A DNA stretch of 64,000 bases from Pristiophorus japonicus (taxonomy: Eukaryota): positions 41,230,001 to 41,294,000 of the forward strand of contig NC_091985.1 in assembly GCF_044704955.1 (NCBI RefSeq), in the 5' to 3' direction. A program made the position numbers and the translations under genes. The notes beneath the pieces were generated by a model that did no database searches, had not been told where the DNA came from, and saw only the letters and a program-made list of their open reading frames with translations. This document shows positions 38,001-50,220 of this stretch, in pieces; position 1 is the stretch's first letter, and the number at the start of each line of letters is the position of its first letter.

Positions 38001-40466
38001 CTGGTTTGCCATGCTCTCCTTCCGCTGCCTGCGCCTGGCCTCTTCATGCTCCTTGCGTTGAGACTCAAAGAGCTCAACGCCCTCCCGGATGGACTTTCTC
38101 CACCTCTGGCGGTCTGCGGCCAGGGTCTCCCAGGTGTCTGGTGATGTCGCACTTTACGAGGGAGGCTTTGAGGGTGTCCTTGTAACGTTTCCTCTGCCCA
38201 TCTTTGGCTCGTTTACCATGAAGGAGTGCCGCATAAAGCATTTGCTTCGGGAGTCTCGTATCTGGCATGCGAACTATGTGGCCTGCCCAGCAAAGCTGGT
38301 CAAGTGTGGTCAGTGCTTCAATACTGGGGATGTTAGCCTGGTCAAGGACCTTGATGTTGGTGCGCCTGGCCTCCCAGGGGATTTGCAGGATCTTGCGGAG
38401 ACATTGTTGATGGTATTTCTCCAGCGACTTGAGGTGTCTTCTGTACATCGTCCATGCCTCAGACCCATACAGGAGGGCGGATATTACTACAGCCCTGTAG
38501 ACCATGAGTTTGGTGGTAGATTTGGGCCTGTCTTCAAACACTTTTCCGCAGGCGGCCGAAGGCTGTGCTGTCGTACTGGAGGCGATGCTGAATCCCCGCA
38601 TCAATGTCTGCCTTTGTTGGTAAGAAGCTCCCGAGGTATGGGAAATGGTCCACGTTGTCCAAGGCCGTGCCGTGGATCTTGATGATTGGAGGGCAGTGTT
38701 GTGCGGCGATGACAGGCTGGTGAAGGACCTTTTGTCTTACGGATGTTAAGCATAAGGCCCATGCTTTCATATGCCTCAGTGAATACATTGGCTATATCCT
38801 GCGCTGATGCTCTCAGTCAGCTACCATTGCCCACCACCGGGGTGGAAATGGCACAGCCTGCGAACTTGTTCATGGTGATGATGCATTCGAAAACCAAGTG
38901 TCACCCATTACAGCCTGCCAGATCAGGACCTGGACCAGCCAGGATCCTTTACTGTCCTTGGTTTAAAAAAAAACTGTGTCCTCCACGGGAGCTGGTTCAG
39001 CGTCCCAGCAGAGATGTAGGAGGCGATTAAGCCGTTCCACAGGCGCAAAGATGAAATGTCCCTGCAGGCGAACTGTCTCTTGTGGGGTAATTGCATGGTC
39101 TTGCCCAAGAAAGGCAGAAACACGTTCATTCATGAACTGCACAGCACCCACTCAGGCATTGTAATGATGAAAGCCATAGCCAGATCCCATGTGTGGTGGC
39201 CCGGAATCGACTCAGATTTAGAGTCATGCGTGTGGCAGTGCAACACTTACTCTCAGCTGAGCAATGCACCCAGAGTGGCACCACTAAGTTTGTGGTCGTG
39301 GCCTTCCAACCGGGCTGAGGATCCACATGGACTATGCAGACCCATTTCGAGGCAAAATGTTCTTGGTTGTCTTGGATACTTAATCAAAATGGATTGAATG
39401 TGCAATAATGTCTGTAAGCACGTCCACGGTCACCATTGAAAGCCTACAAGCCATGTTTGCCACGCATGGTCTGCCTGATGTCCCAGTCAGTGATGAGCCG
39501 TGCTTCACCAGTGCTGAATTCAAGGAATTCATGACCCGCAATGGGATCAAGCACGTCATATCTGTCCCGTTCCAGCCTGCATCCAATGGCCAGGCAGAAC
39601 AGGCAGTTCAGACCATCAAGCCAAGTTTGAAACGCGTGTCGGAAGGCTCCCTGCAGACCCGACTGTCCCGTGTGCTGCTCAGTTACCGCACCAGACCCCA
39701 CTCATTCACCGTGGTTCCCCCAGCCGAGCTGCTCTAGAAAAGGGCACTCAAAACAAGGCTCTCTCTTGTCCACCTTGATCTCCATGATCACGTGGAGGGC
39801 AAGCGGCATCAACAAAGTGTGTACCCTTGACCACGCAAATTTGTCAGGCGAAATTGAGGTCAGTGAACCCTGTGTTTGTACCCAAGTAGGGACATAGTTC
39901 CAAATGGCTCGCCGGCACGGTCATAGCCAAAGAGGGCAGCAGGGTGTTCCAGGTCAAATTGGCCAATGGATTAACGTGCAGAAAACATTTGGACCAAATC
40001 AAATTGTGGTTCACCAACAGCTACAAACAACCCGAAGAAGACGCCACCAACTTTGACCTTCCAACACACACACACACATGGCAACCGACATCATGGTTGA
40101 CCACGAAGCCGAACTCAACATACCCAGCAGCCCAGTGAAGAACTAACCAAGTCACCCACACCCATATTTGTACCGAGCCGATCGACGAAGGAGTGAAAAG
40201 CCCCAAATCGTCTCACCTTGTAAATAAGTGTACTATTAACTTTGAGGGAGTGATGTTATGTATTTAACCCCTTGTAACCTGTATCACACTATCACCAGAG
40301 AGCCTACCTATTGAAGTCCCAAGGGATCCCAGCATCCCTTGGGAGCACTGCATATAAGCAGGCCACCCACAAGGTACCTGCACTCTGGAGTCTTATTAAA
40401 GGAGCTAAGGTCACACTTGCTCATTGTTCACGGTACTCAGTTTCATCCTTTATTATGAGTGTATCA
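35068..40466 (+). mobile_element. Full-length degenerate Gypsy (Mag-clade) element
   Basis: LTRs 35068-35270 and 40254-40466 (TG...CA); perfect 5-bp TSD TAACC; PBS TGGCGACGAGG (tRNA-Ser GCT type) at 35273; gag with two Cys/His knuckle motifs, PR, RT, RH and IN remnants. Confidence 0.95.
37856..38800 (-). mobile_element. RTE LINE 3' fragment nested in the Gypsy pol
   Basis: YRAVVISALLYGSEAWT..WAGHIVRMPDTRLPKQ; (ATG)n tail; Gypsy RPGTxNCADALS codons split around it. Confidence 0.9.
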
Positions 40467-41818
40467 TAACCTATGTCATTGTTGGAGCATCATCAGCAAA
40501 AGGGCTGCAACACTTAAAGGAGAAGGCCCACACCACTTTCTTTGGCATCTAAGGATGGGTAATGCAGCCTTGCCCGTATCACTACATCCTGAGAACATAT
40601 TTAAAAAAATAAAAATGAGGGTAATCAGAAACTCTTGTAAATCTGTGGGAACTTGTAGCATTGCTTCATGTTGCAACAGTTTAAAATGCCTTGTGGGATG
40701 ACTTTCTGTCTTTGTGAAGAAGACAATGCCCAAAACTCAGCTTGACATTGAAGTGGGAGGAGGAGGAATCCTTGTCTACATACAAAGATGCAAAGAATGC
40801 TTCAGCCAGTCCACATTGGTTGGACAGACACGTCCAGGATTGTGACGTTAATAAATGTAGAGTTACCACTGTGAGTCCTAATGGCTGAACTATCAAAAGC
40901 TTTGTTTTTCAAAAACTAGCCAAGTGCATACCTCGGAGCTTGATTAAGAATTATTGGGACGTATCTGAGGTCCTCTGCACACATCCGCCTCTCCCACTCA
41001 CCCCCTCAACACTAAAAACACACGTGTCGTAAACATAAATAAATCTGTAGAATGTTTACATACTGTATTAATAATAAAGCAATTCCTATCAAGAAATTGA
41101 TTAAGGTTGGAGCAGTTTTTCTGCAGTATGGTGAGTTTTACTGTGGGGCCCCATATTTGCCAGGGCCCCAGTAGGCCCATGCATTAATCCACCTTTGCAT
41201 CTTCTGGTTAAAACAATGTTGGATGTTACTCCTAACCAACGTGGTCTATAAGCTATCCTCAGTCATTGTGTGTCTGTTTTATGTTTTGATGGGCAGTTCG
41301 CTCTCCAGTGGCACTGCTGGCTGGGAATAAATGTGACAGCTGCCGGCAATTACTTTCATAGCCTCATGGCATAATGATGAGCTGAAACTCGATGGAGCTT
41401 CAAGCAAGATTTATGTATTTCTGAAATGCTGTTGGAAGAATTCTGATGTATCTTGAAATGACTCATTTTTGTTGGATTCAAAACTTTTTTCTTTTTACAT
41501 AACGGAGTTAAAATACGAACGGAAAATAATGCATCTCTATCTTTATTGTGCTGATCATTGTTTGCTTCTGTATAAAACTTAATCAGTCTGATATGTTGCT
41601 TTAGCTCGAGATATATCATCTGTAAGCGTGATTTTTTCTGCCAAATCGCAATTCCAATGCACATCCCAACAGCACAATGTTCTTTGCTACCCTGTGCTTA
41701 GCTAACCTGGGTATTTAGTATATTGCAAGTTCTGTTTTTAGAAGGTTGCAGCATAGAAGCATGCCATCATTTATCCTGTCAGCCAATATAATCTCACTCT
41801 TTTCTTCTACTCTCCCTT

Positions 41819-44800
41819 TGTTGTGGAATATTTCAAAATACTCTACACAAGTCTGACATCAGGAGTTCAAACAGTCTTCAATCACACGCATGGGGCGACA
41901 ACTTGCTTTCTGTCCTTAGCCAAGTCTCTCCAAATTGATGCAGAAATTTAGATATTTGTACTCAGAAATGATGCATTGTACACTGTCCCCGCCTACTTTC
42001 TAGATTACATCATTAGTCTTCAATTCCTGTTTAGTACCAGATGTTCACCTTAGTTTTGATAACAGACAGTAGACAGTTGCAGTCAGTGTTATATAACACT
42101 TAAACAGTCACTTTATAAACTGTTGTAGTCAGCAGTTAATCTGACCTATGACACACATTGTTGCAATTGATTTATTACTGGCAGTTGGGGTCAGCAGATT
42201 TAGCTTAATCACATTTCGCTTTATCTTGTTTAGCCTTTGATATGTCCTTACTATACAGTTTAAATGCACACGAGGCTCATACTTGAGAGAAGGTCACTCA
42301 GTGACCAGTTACCTTTATTACCCAGACCTCAAGAGGCAGATGGTGGGTGGAGCTTTCACTTTTAGACCGGAAAGTGCAGGTTAGGAGTGTCTCCCACAAG
42401 TTCGCCCCCTGTGGTCAGTGTTCTCAAGGTGTACAACTTAGGTCAGCTTATACATGGGTTACAATTACAATTGAATACATGACATCACCTCCCTCCCCCC
42501 CCCCCCCAAAGTCTTATTGGGATCACAGGTTAAGTCTCTCTGGTGGTTTACGCTCCCTTATAGAGCGCCTGAGTTGGGGTTCCGGTTGTTGGGTGCTGGT
42601 CTGAGTGTCTGCTGTTTGTGGTGCCTCAGGCCTGTCCAGGCTGCCCACAGTGACTGGGCTCTCCTCAACTAGGTTCCGGTGTTCGGTCACTTGTGCTGGA
42701 GTAAACTCTACGTCGCGTTCTTTCTCTGCTTCTTCTATGGGGTTGCTGAACCTCCTTTTAGTTTCATCTGCGTGTTTGCGGTAGATTTGTCCATTGGTAA
42801 GTTTAACTACCAAAACCCTATTCCCCTCTTTGGCAATCACAGTGCCTGCGAGCTATTTGGGCCCTGCAGCGTAATTAAGGACAAAAACAGGGTCATTGAC
42901 ATCAATACATCGCGCCTTCGCATTCCTGTCATGGCAGTCACATTGCGACCGACGCCTGCTCTCAACAATTTCTTTCATAGTGGGGTGTATAAGGGATAAC
43001 CTGGTTTTGAGCGTCCTTTTCATTAGCAGCTCTGCGGGTGGAACCCCTGTGAGCGAGTGTGGTCGGGATCTATTGGCCAACAGGAGGCATGATAAGCGGC
43101 TTTGTAGGGAACCCCCTTGGATTCTGAGCATCCCATGTATGATTAACTGCACTGCTCGTTCCGCCTGGCTGTTTGAGGCCAGCTTGAACGGTGCCGTTCT
43201 GACATGGTTGATTCCATTGCCTGCCATGAAGTCCTGGAATTCAGTGCTTGTGAAGCACGGGCTATTGTTGCTGACCAAGACGTCCGGTAGACCATGGGCG
43301 GCGAACATTGCCTGTAGACTTTCTACCGTGGCAGAGAATGTGCTTGAATTTAAAATGGCACATTCAATCCATTTGGAGTAGGCGTCTACTACAACCAAAA
43401 GCATTTTTTTCCATGAAAGGACCTGCGTATTCCACATGGATGCGTGACCATGGCTTGGCGGGCCAGGACTAGGGGCTAAGGGGGGCTTCCATGGGTGCGT
43501 TGCCCAGCTGAGCACCTGCGAACACACGGTTCCAGGTCTGCATCTATCTCTGGCCACCAAACATGTGACCTGGCAATTGCCTTCTTCATGACAATGCCTG
43601 GGTGCTCATTGTGAAGTTCTCTGATAAACACCTCTCTGCCCTTCTGGGACATGACTACTCTGTTTCCCCACAGTAGGCAATTGGCCTGAATCGAGAGTTC
43701 ATCCTTGCGCCTATGAAATGGTTTAAACTCCCCAGGGCATGCCCCGTACGTGGCTGCCCAGTCCCCATTCAGGACACATTTCTTAACTAAAGACAGTAGC
43801 GGGTCTTTATTTGTCCAGACTTTAATCTGACGGGCTGTCACAGGTGAGCCTTCGCTTTCGAAAGCTTCAACAGCCATGACCATCTCAGCATCATGCTCAG
43901 TTGCCCCCTCAGTGGTGGCTAGTGGGAGCCTGCTGAGTGCATCGGCGCAGTTTTCAGTGCCCGGTCTGTGCCAAATTGTGAAGTCATAGGCGGCTAACGT
44001 AAGTGTCCACCTCCTGTATGCGGGCCGATGCATTCGCAGTTATGGCCTTGTTGTTGGCCAAAAGGGACGTTAGGAGTTTGTGATCTGTCTCCAGCTCAAA
44101 TTTCCTGCCAAACAGGTACTGGTGCATTTTTTTTACTGCATATACACATTCTAGCGCTTCCTTTTCTACCATCCCATAGCCCCTTTCCGCCTGGGACAGA
44201 CTTCTGGAGGCATAAGCTACCGGCTGTAACTGACCATTGGCATTCACATGCTGCAACACACACCCGACCCCATAGGACGACGCATCGCACGTTAAAACTA
44301 GTTTCTTACACTGGTCATATAACGTTAACAGTTTGTTGGAGCAGAACAAATTTTGTACTCTATCAAAAGCCCTTTCCTGGCTGTCCCCCCAGACCCATTT
44401 GTGACCTTTGTGTAGGAGCACGTGTAGCGGCTCTAACAGCGTGCTCAATTTGGGAAGAAAGTTACCAAAATAGTTCAGGAGCCCCAGGAACGAACGCAGC
44501 TCCGTCGTGTTACGGGGTCTGGGTGCTCTCTGGATCGCTTCCATTTTGGACGCCATGGGTCTGATCCCCTCTGCTGCTACCCTCCTCCCCAGGAATTTTA
44601 CCTCTGGAGCTAAGAAGACACACTTCACCTTTTTCAGTCGCAGCCCTACCTGGTCCAGTCTGTGTAGCACCTCCTCCAGGTTGTGGAGGTGTTCTTCAGT
44701 ATCGCGACCCGTGATGAGGATGTCGTCTTGAAAAACCACCGTCCTTGGAATCGACTTGAGGAGGCTTTCCATATTTCGCTGAAAGATCACGGCGGCCGAA

Positions 44801-46990
44801 TGGACATCTGTTATACTCAAACAACCCCTTGTGTGTCGTGATGGTGGTCAGCTTCTTCAACTCACTTGCCAGCTTCTGGGTCATGTAAGCTGAGGTCAGG
44901 TCCAATTTTGAGAAAAGTTTGCCACCGGATAGCGTCGCAAAGAGGTCCTCCACTCTCGGTCTTGGAGTGACACCCGATTGATGGTGGCCTTGTAATCGCC
45001 ACATATCCTGACCGACCCATCCACCTTGAGCACTGGCACAATCGGGCTCGCCCAGTCATTGAATTCGGCTGACGAGATGATGCCTTCCCTCAGCAGACGG
45101 TCCAATTCGCATTCTATCTTTTCCCACATCATGTACGGCACCGCTCTGGCCTTGTGGTGTACTGGCCTGGTGTCTGGGTTTATGTGAATCACTACCTTGG
45201 TCCCCATGAAAGTGCCGATGCCGGTTTGAAATAATGTCAAATTTGCCCAGGACCTGTGCGCATGATACAGAAGAAATTGCATTGACATCGCCGCATTTCA
45301 AGTTCATGATAGCAAGCCAATTCCTCAGTGTGGGACCGTCCCCTGGGACAATCCAGAGTGGCAACCTGTTCTCCGAATCTTTGTGGGTCACGACTACCAT
45401 GGCGCTGCCTAGCACCGGAATGATCTCCTTTGTATATGTCCGTAGCAGTGCGTCAATCGGCAATAATTTTGGCCTCCTGTCCTTGGACACCCACAACCTT
45501 TTGAACTGTTTGATACTCCATCAGGGACTGGCTGGCCCCCGTGTCCAGCTCTATTAATACTGGGATGCCATTGAGGAGCACTTTCATCATTATCGGTGGT
45601 GTCCTGGTATATGAACTGTATATGTGCTCCATATGAACTCGCTGAACTTCAGCTTCCAGCGATTTCCCCCAGTATTCATTTGGCCTCGAAGGGCTTACAT
45701 CGGGCCCGTTCTCCTCATACATCAACCTGGCTGCAGGCTTCCTGCACATACGCGCCAAGTGACCGCTGACGTTGCAGTTTCTGCAGGTATATTGCTGATA
45801 CTTGCAAGCTCTGGCTGGGTGTTTGCCTCCACACCTCCAGCAAGAGCTGGAGGCCCCATTGTTGGAAACAAAAGGTCCATCACTAGTCGATCGTCTCTGA
45901 CTGTCTCTGTAGCTGTCCTTAAGCGCACCATTAATAGATGTTGATGGCCCCATTACTGGCAGCATTGTCCATTGCGATGGCATGAATCGCCGTTCAGCTA
46001 GCCATTGTCTCTGTTGAATTCCCCTTTTGGGTTCGACTGCATGCTGGGGCATGTCCGATTGCCCTTGTCTGCCGAGAGAACTGTGTGTCGTGTTAACAAT
46101 GTTGACTCCCGCATTTGAGCCAAGAGTTTTGCTATAAATCATTCTGGTCTCTTCCTCCCCTGAGAGAATTGTCTGGGCTTTCAGAGCTGCCGCTCCCAAG
46201 GTCAAGTCTTTGGTCTCTATCAGTTTCCTGAAAACCCCAGCGTGCCCGATGCCCTCAATAAAAAAAAAAGTCTTGCAGCATCTCCGCTCTGCATGCATAT
46301 GGGAACTTAGATAGCGTTGGCAGTCGCCGGAGATCTGCCACGAAGTCTCGCTATGTGCATACTGCTCACCGGTTTAAGGTGTTCCCCAATCAACTTACTG
46401 AGCTCTTCGAACGTCTTGTCCGCCGGCTTCTCTGGCGCTAGAAGGTCCTTCATCAGGGTGTACGATCTGGATCCACAAACCGTCAGGAGATGAGCCCTGC
46501 TTTTGTCGGCCGAATCCTGTCCCAACCATTCATTAGTGATAAAACTTTGCTGTCATCTCTCAACAAAGTCGTCCCAATCGTCCCCAGCACAGTACCTCTC
46601 TATCGTGCTGCTAGTGGCCATGCTCGCGTGGTTTAACTCCCAGTTTCTCGTCGCCAATGATATGTCCTTACTATACAGTATAAATGCACAAGGCCCATAC
46701 TTGAGAGAAGGTCACTCTGTGACCAGTTACCTTTATTACCAAGACCTCAAGAGGCAGATGGTGGGCGGAGCTTCCCCTTTTACACTGGAAAGTCCAGGTT
46801 AGAAGTGTCTCCCACAAGTTCGCCCCCTGTGGTCAGTGTTCTCAAGGTGTACAACTTAGGTCAGCTTATACATGGGTTACAATGACAATTGAATACATGA
46901 CAGCATGGTCTATCGTTTTACCACTCAAACTGTTGTCGAAGATATCCTTGGTTTTCCTGCCACATAAGCTATTCCCAGGTTCCCCTTTCA
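41819..46990 (-). repeat. ERV 3' LTR (41819-42237 plus 46903-46990), split by a Gypsy insertion
   Basis: Colinear with 57876-58362 once 42238-46902 is removed; minus strand begins TGAAAGGGG and ends CCACAACA. Confidence 0.92.
42238..46902 (-). mobile_element. Full-length degenerate Gypsy (Mag-clade) element inserted in the ERV 3' LTR
   Basis: LTRs 42238-42484 and 46658-46902; PBS TGGCGACGAG; PPT; TSD gcctt/gcatg versus GCCTG in the intact 5' LTR; gag CWRCGGKH and CRNCNVSGH, PR LDTGA, RT VVFQDD, IN. Confidence 0.95.
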
Positions 46991-47010
46991 GTCCCCCCTT
47001 TTGGCCCTTT
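46991..47010 (-). promoter_or_regulatory. ERV polypurine tract
   Basis: AAAGGGCCAAAAGGGGGGAC immediately before the LTR start TGAAAG. Confidence 0.88.
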
Positions 47011-47159
47011 GCTATTATCGGCCCAAGATCGCCACTAAGGTCACCGCTAATAAGTCCTGATAGTCTGGATCATTGTCTGTCTGTAAATGTTCTCATACAT
47101 GGCTCTCTGTAGGTCAGCCTTTGTGGCCTATGCCAACCTTTTGGTTCTTAATCGCCTGC

Positions 47160-49272
47160 ATTTATGAGAGCAGCTTGCTATCGGGTACAGAGTGATTAAT
47201 AACTGTAGGGACACTTCTTATCCAGGGATGTATCCGGACATTGATGCCCAGTCCCATACCATGGGGGAGTGCCCAACGTTTTGATTTCTTCCCCAGTTTT
47301 CCTGATTTCTTCTTGTGCTGGTGGTATTGCTTCACCATTTTCTCCAGTTTTTCTGCTAACTGGGTTAGGTGTTTGGGGAGTTTTGGTATTTCGAGTCCCT
47401 CGGGAATTAGGTATTCCCGCAGCTCCCCTCTTATCCTCTCTGGCATTGAGACCCACCCGTTGTCTTTTATATATTGCTATCAGATGTTGATGTCCGACAG
47501 TTGTTGGTGTTTTTGGGCAGAAACAGAAGCTTGCATTGTTATTCCGGCATACAAGAAGTCTGTAGATATACTGTTTTTCACTTGTAGTCATACAGTATTT
47601 CCGTGCCCTGGTATGCAGCATGGGACCTTTCCTTGGTGCAGCTGGTCTAGATTATCCCGGAGTGACCAGTTACCCATGCCCCCATAGGCGTGACATAGCA
47701 TTTTGTTTTTAATTTTTTTGATTCGCTCTGTTGGCATCTATTAGACAATTGGTGGTCTTCGCATGTGCCTCGAGAATGTGACTTATTCCCAACAGGGTTT
47801 TTACTGTGTTTGTCCCCAGCTGGCCTCTCTTTTGAGACTTGATATTTGTTTGTGTTAGCACCCGCTTGAGTTTGTCACTTAACTTTCCTAGTTCTTGGTC
47901 CACTGCCTCGATATCTAGTGAAGTTCCTGTGTTAAACACGGTCCCCACATCCCCCAGTGTGCTTCTTTTCCTTCTACTGTACATGGTCCATGTCTCTGAG
48001 CCATACAGGAGGGTGGGTATTACCACAGCCCTGTAGACCATGAACTTGGTGACAGTTTTAAGGGTCTGGTCCTCAAACACACTTTTCCTCAGGCAGCCGA
48101 AGGCTGCATTGGAGGTGGTGTTGAATATCGTCAATGTCAGCTCTTGTTGATAAGATGCACCAACATTAGCGTCCTCAACCAGGCCAACATCCCCAGCATT
48201 GAAGCACTGACCACACTTGATCAGTTCCACTGGGCAGATCACATTGTTCGCATGCCAGACCCAAGACTCCCAAAGCAAGCGCTCTACTCGAACTCCTTCA
48301 CGGCAAACGAGCCAAAGGTGGGCAGAGGAAATGTTACAAGGACACCCTCAAAGCCTCCTTGGTAAAATGCAACATCCCCACTGACACCTGGGAGTCCCTG
48401 GCCAAAGACCGCCCTAAGTGGAGGAAGTGCATCCCGGAGGGTGCTGAGCATCTCGAGTCTCGTCGCCGAGAGCATGCAGAAATCAAGTGCAGGCAGCGGA
48501 ACGAGCATGCGGCAAGCCAGTCCCACCCACCCCTTCCCTCAACGACTATCTGTCCCATGTGTGACAGGGACTGTGGTTCTCGTATTGGACTGTTCAGCCA
48601 CCTAAGGACTTATGTTAAGAGTGGAAGCAAGTCTTCCTCGATTCAGAGGGACTGCCTATGATAATGATTTCCTTCAACCCCACTTCCTTTTGCCTTTCCT
48701 ACTACGAGTCCCTGATCTTTGGGCAGCTCAATCTATTATTTTTTATCAGTGTTTTATATAGCTGTTGCGTTTGTGGACTACACAGTGAGGGGAGATAGCC
48801 CCATGCCAAATTCAATACCACAGGCATGAGCTCATGGCATACATTATCATACAATATTCTCTGATTGTCCACTAATACCAGTCCACCTTTGGGACTTGGG
48901 GTTGTCTCCGGACAATCCCAGGGTTTTGGTGTCATCCTAGTGGTTGTTGCGGGTTCTGTTTGCAGGATACATCTGCCACCACTGGGAATTGTCAGCCACA
49001 GCGAATGATGAACACTCCCTTTCCTGCCAGTCAGCCTTATTTGTGAATGTTTCGTTCGAGACCCAACAGATCACCATGGAACAATTGGGCTCAGGAATAA
49101 TGCAGGATTACCCTTTCTCGTTCTCCTGGCTGTTGGGTAGGATTGTTGTCCGTCCGTCTTCACACTTTACGCGCACGGGTGCCCCTGTGCTCGCATGGAG
49201 TATCCCGTTGGCGCATGTCACTCCATCCTCTGTATTATATCGGATCGCACCCCCCACCGGTGGTTATTTTAC
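47160..49272 (-). pseudogene. env: ERV env remnant (class I fusion protein, loki/F-like), interrupted by RTE
   Basis: Cys-rich N-terminal part with NxS/T sites; PKGGLVLVDNQRILYDNV..PVVLNL; basic cleavage site (x)RKR|STLGDVGTVFNTGTSL; heptad DIEAVDQELGKLSDKLKRVL; LRDNLDQLHQGKVP; second heptad LTQLAEKLEKMVKQY..PPWY. Confidence 0.75.
47975..48667. mobile_element. RTE 3' fragment with 5' inversion, inserted at the env cleavage site
   Basis: 47975-~48150 minus strand (LLYGSETWTMYS) and ~48155-48667 plus strand (NIPSIEAL..RLPKQ; atgataatga tail); TSD tttccttc at 47967-47974 and 48668-48675. Confidence 0.88.
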
Positions 49273-49310
49273 CTGCGGGAAGATAGTATGGTCTTGGTCG
49301 TCTCCAAGGG

Positions 49311-50220
49311 TTAGTTGCCATTACTACTATATCTCTTAAGCTGGGTCCAGTGTTTCCACCGTCCCTTTCCATTCATATCTATGCATGCATACATATTGCT
49401 TGTCGGTATGATTTTGTGGGGTCCAGTCCACCGCGGGGCAAACCCTGGTTGCCCTGGCAATGCTTGGATCATCACTGAGTCCCCTACCTTCAGTAGGGGT
49501 TCGATTGTTTCCACCATTTTGTTTCCCTGATCTCGAATAGTCTGATGGTCCCTTACCTCCTGTCACAGAGCTTTAAGCTGTTCATCGAATATTTTAACAA
49601 TTTTTGATTCGATCCCTGATTGGCCCTAATTCTGCGCTTCCCGTGGAGGTTCCTTCAGGTAGGCATATTGCCAGTCATTAACTCATACAGGGTCTTCCGG
49701 TTGGGTGTTGCACATAGGCGCATTAATATACATGGTAATACACCTGATCATGATTTTCCCGTTTCTGTGATAGCTTTGGCTTTTGCTGTTTTAAGAGTTC
49801 GGTTCATATGTTTAACCATTCCTGAGCTTTGTTGGTTATATGGTATGCGAAATCGTTGTTGGATACCTAATAATTTACAGGCCTCTTTCAATACCTTTCC
49901 TGTAAAGTGGATTCCCTGATCGGAGCCTATTTGCAAAGGAACCTCCCCCCCCACCCACAATCTTGGGATAATTTTATATGCAAATATTTGGGCTACCATT
50001 CTAGCGGAGCAATCTCTTGTGGGGTATGCCTCTACCCACCATGTGAATTGGTCTATTATTACCAGGCGGTACGTTTGGTAACGGTCCCGTAAAATCTATT
50101 TGGAGATTCTCCCATAGTCCCTTCGGTCCAGGTTGATGTGTCATTTGGATCCTTTCGGTCATCCGGGATTATGTTGGGCGCATATGATGCAGCGTTGGCA
50201 ATGTTTAGCCACGTCCCTAC
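49311..50220 (-). pseudogene. pol: ERV integrase remnant
   Basis: Across frameshifts: CQRCIICAQHNPG, WENLQIDFTGPLP, LVIIDQFTWWVEAYPT, SDQGIHFTG, IPYNQQSSGMVKHMNRTLK, and C-terminal LKVGDSVMI..PRWTGPHKI..WKHWTQLK. Confidence 0.9.

Noticed and set aside
41819-42237. Segmental duplication with 57876-58362
   Set aside because: TG/CA ends, PBS, PPT and TSD show these are the two LTRs of one provirus.
47709-48278. 189-aa ORF as a genuine RTE-env fusion protein with an intact RRKR site
   Set aside because: It is a chance read-through across an insertion junction; the first R of RRKR comes from the RTE, and the native codon there is TGA.
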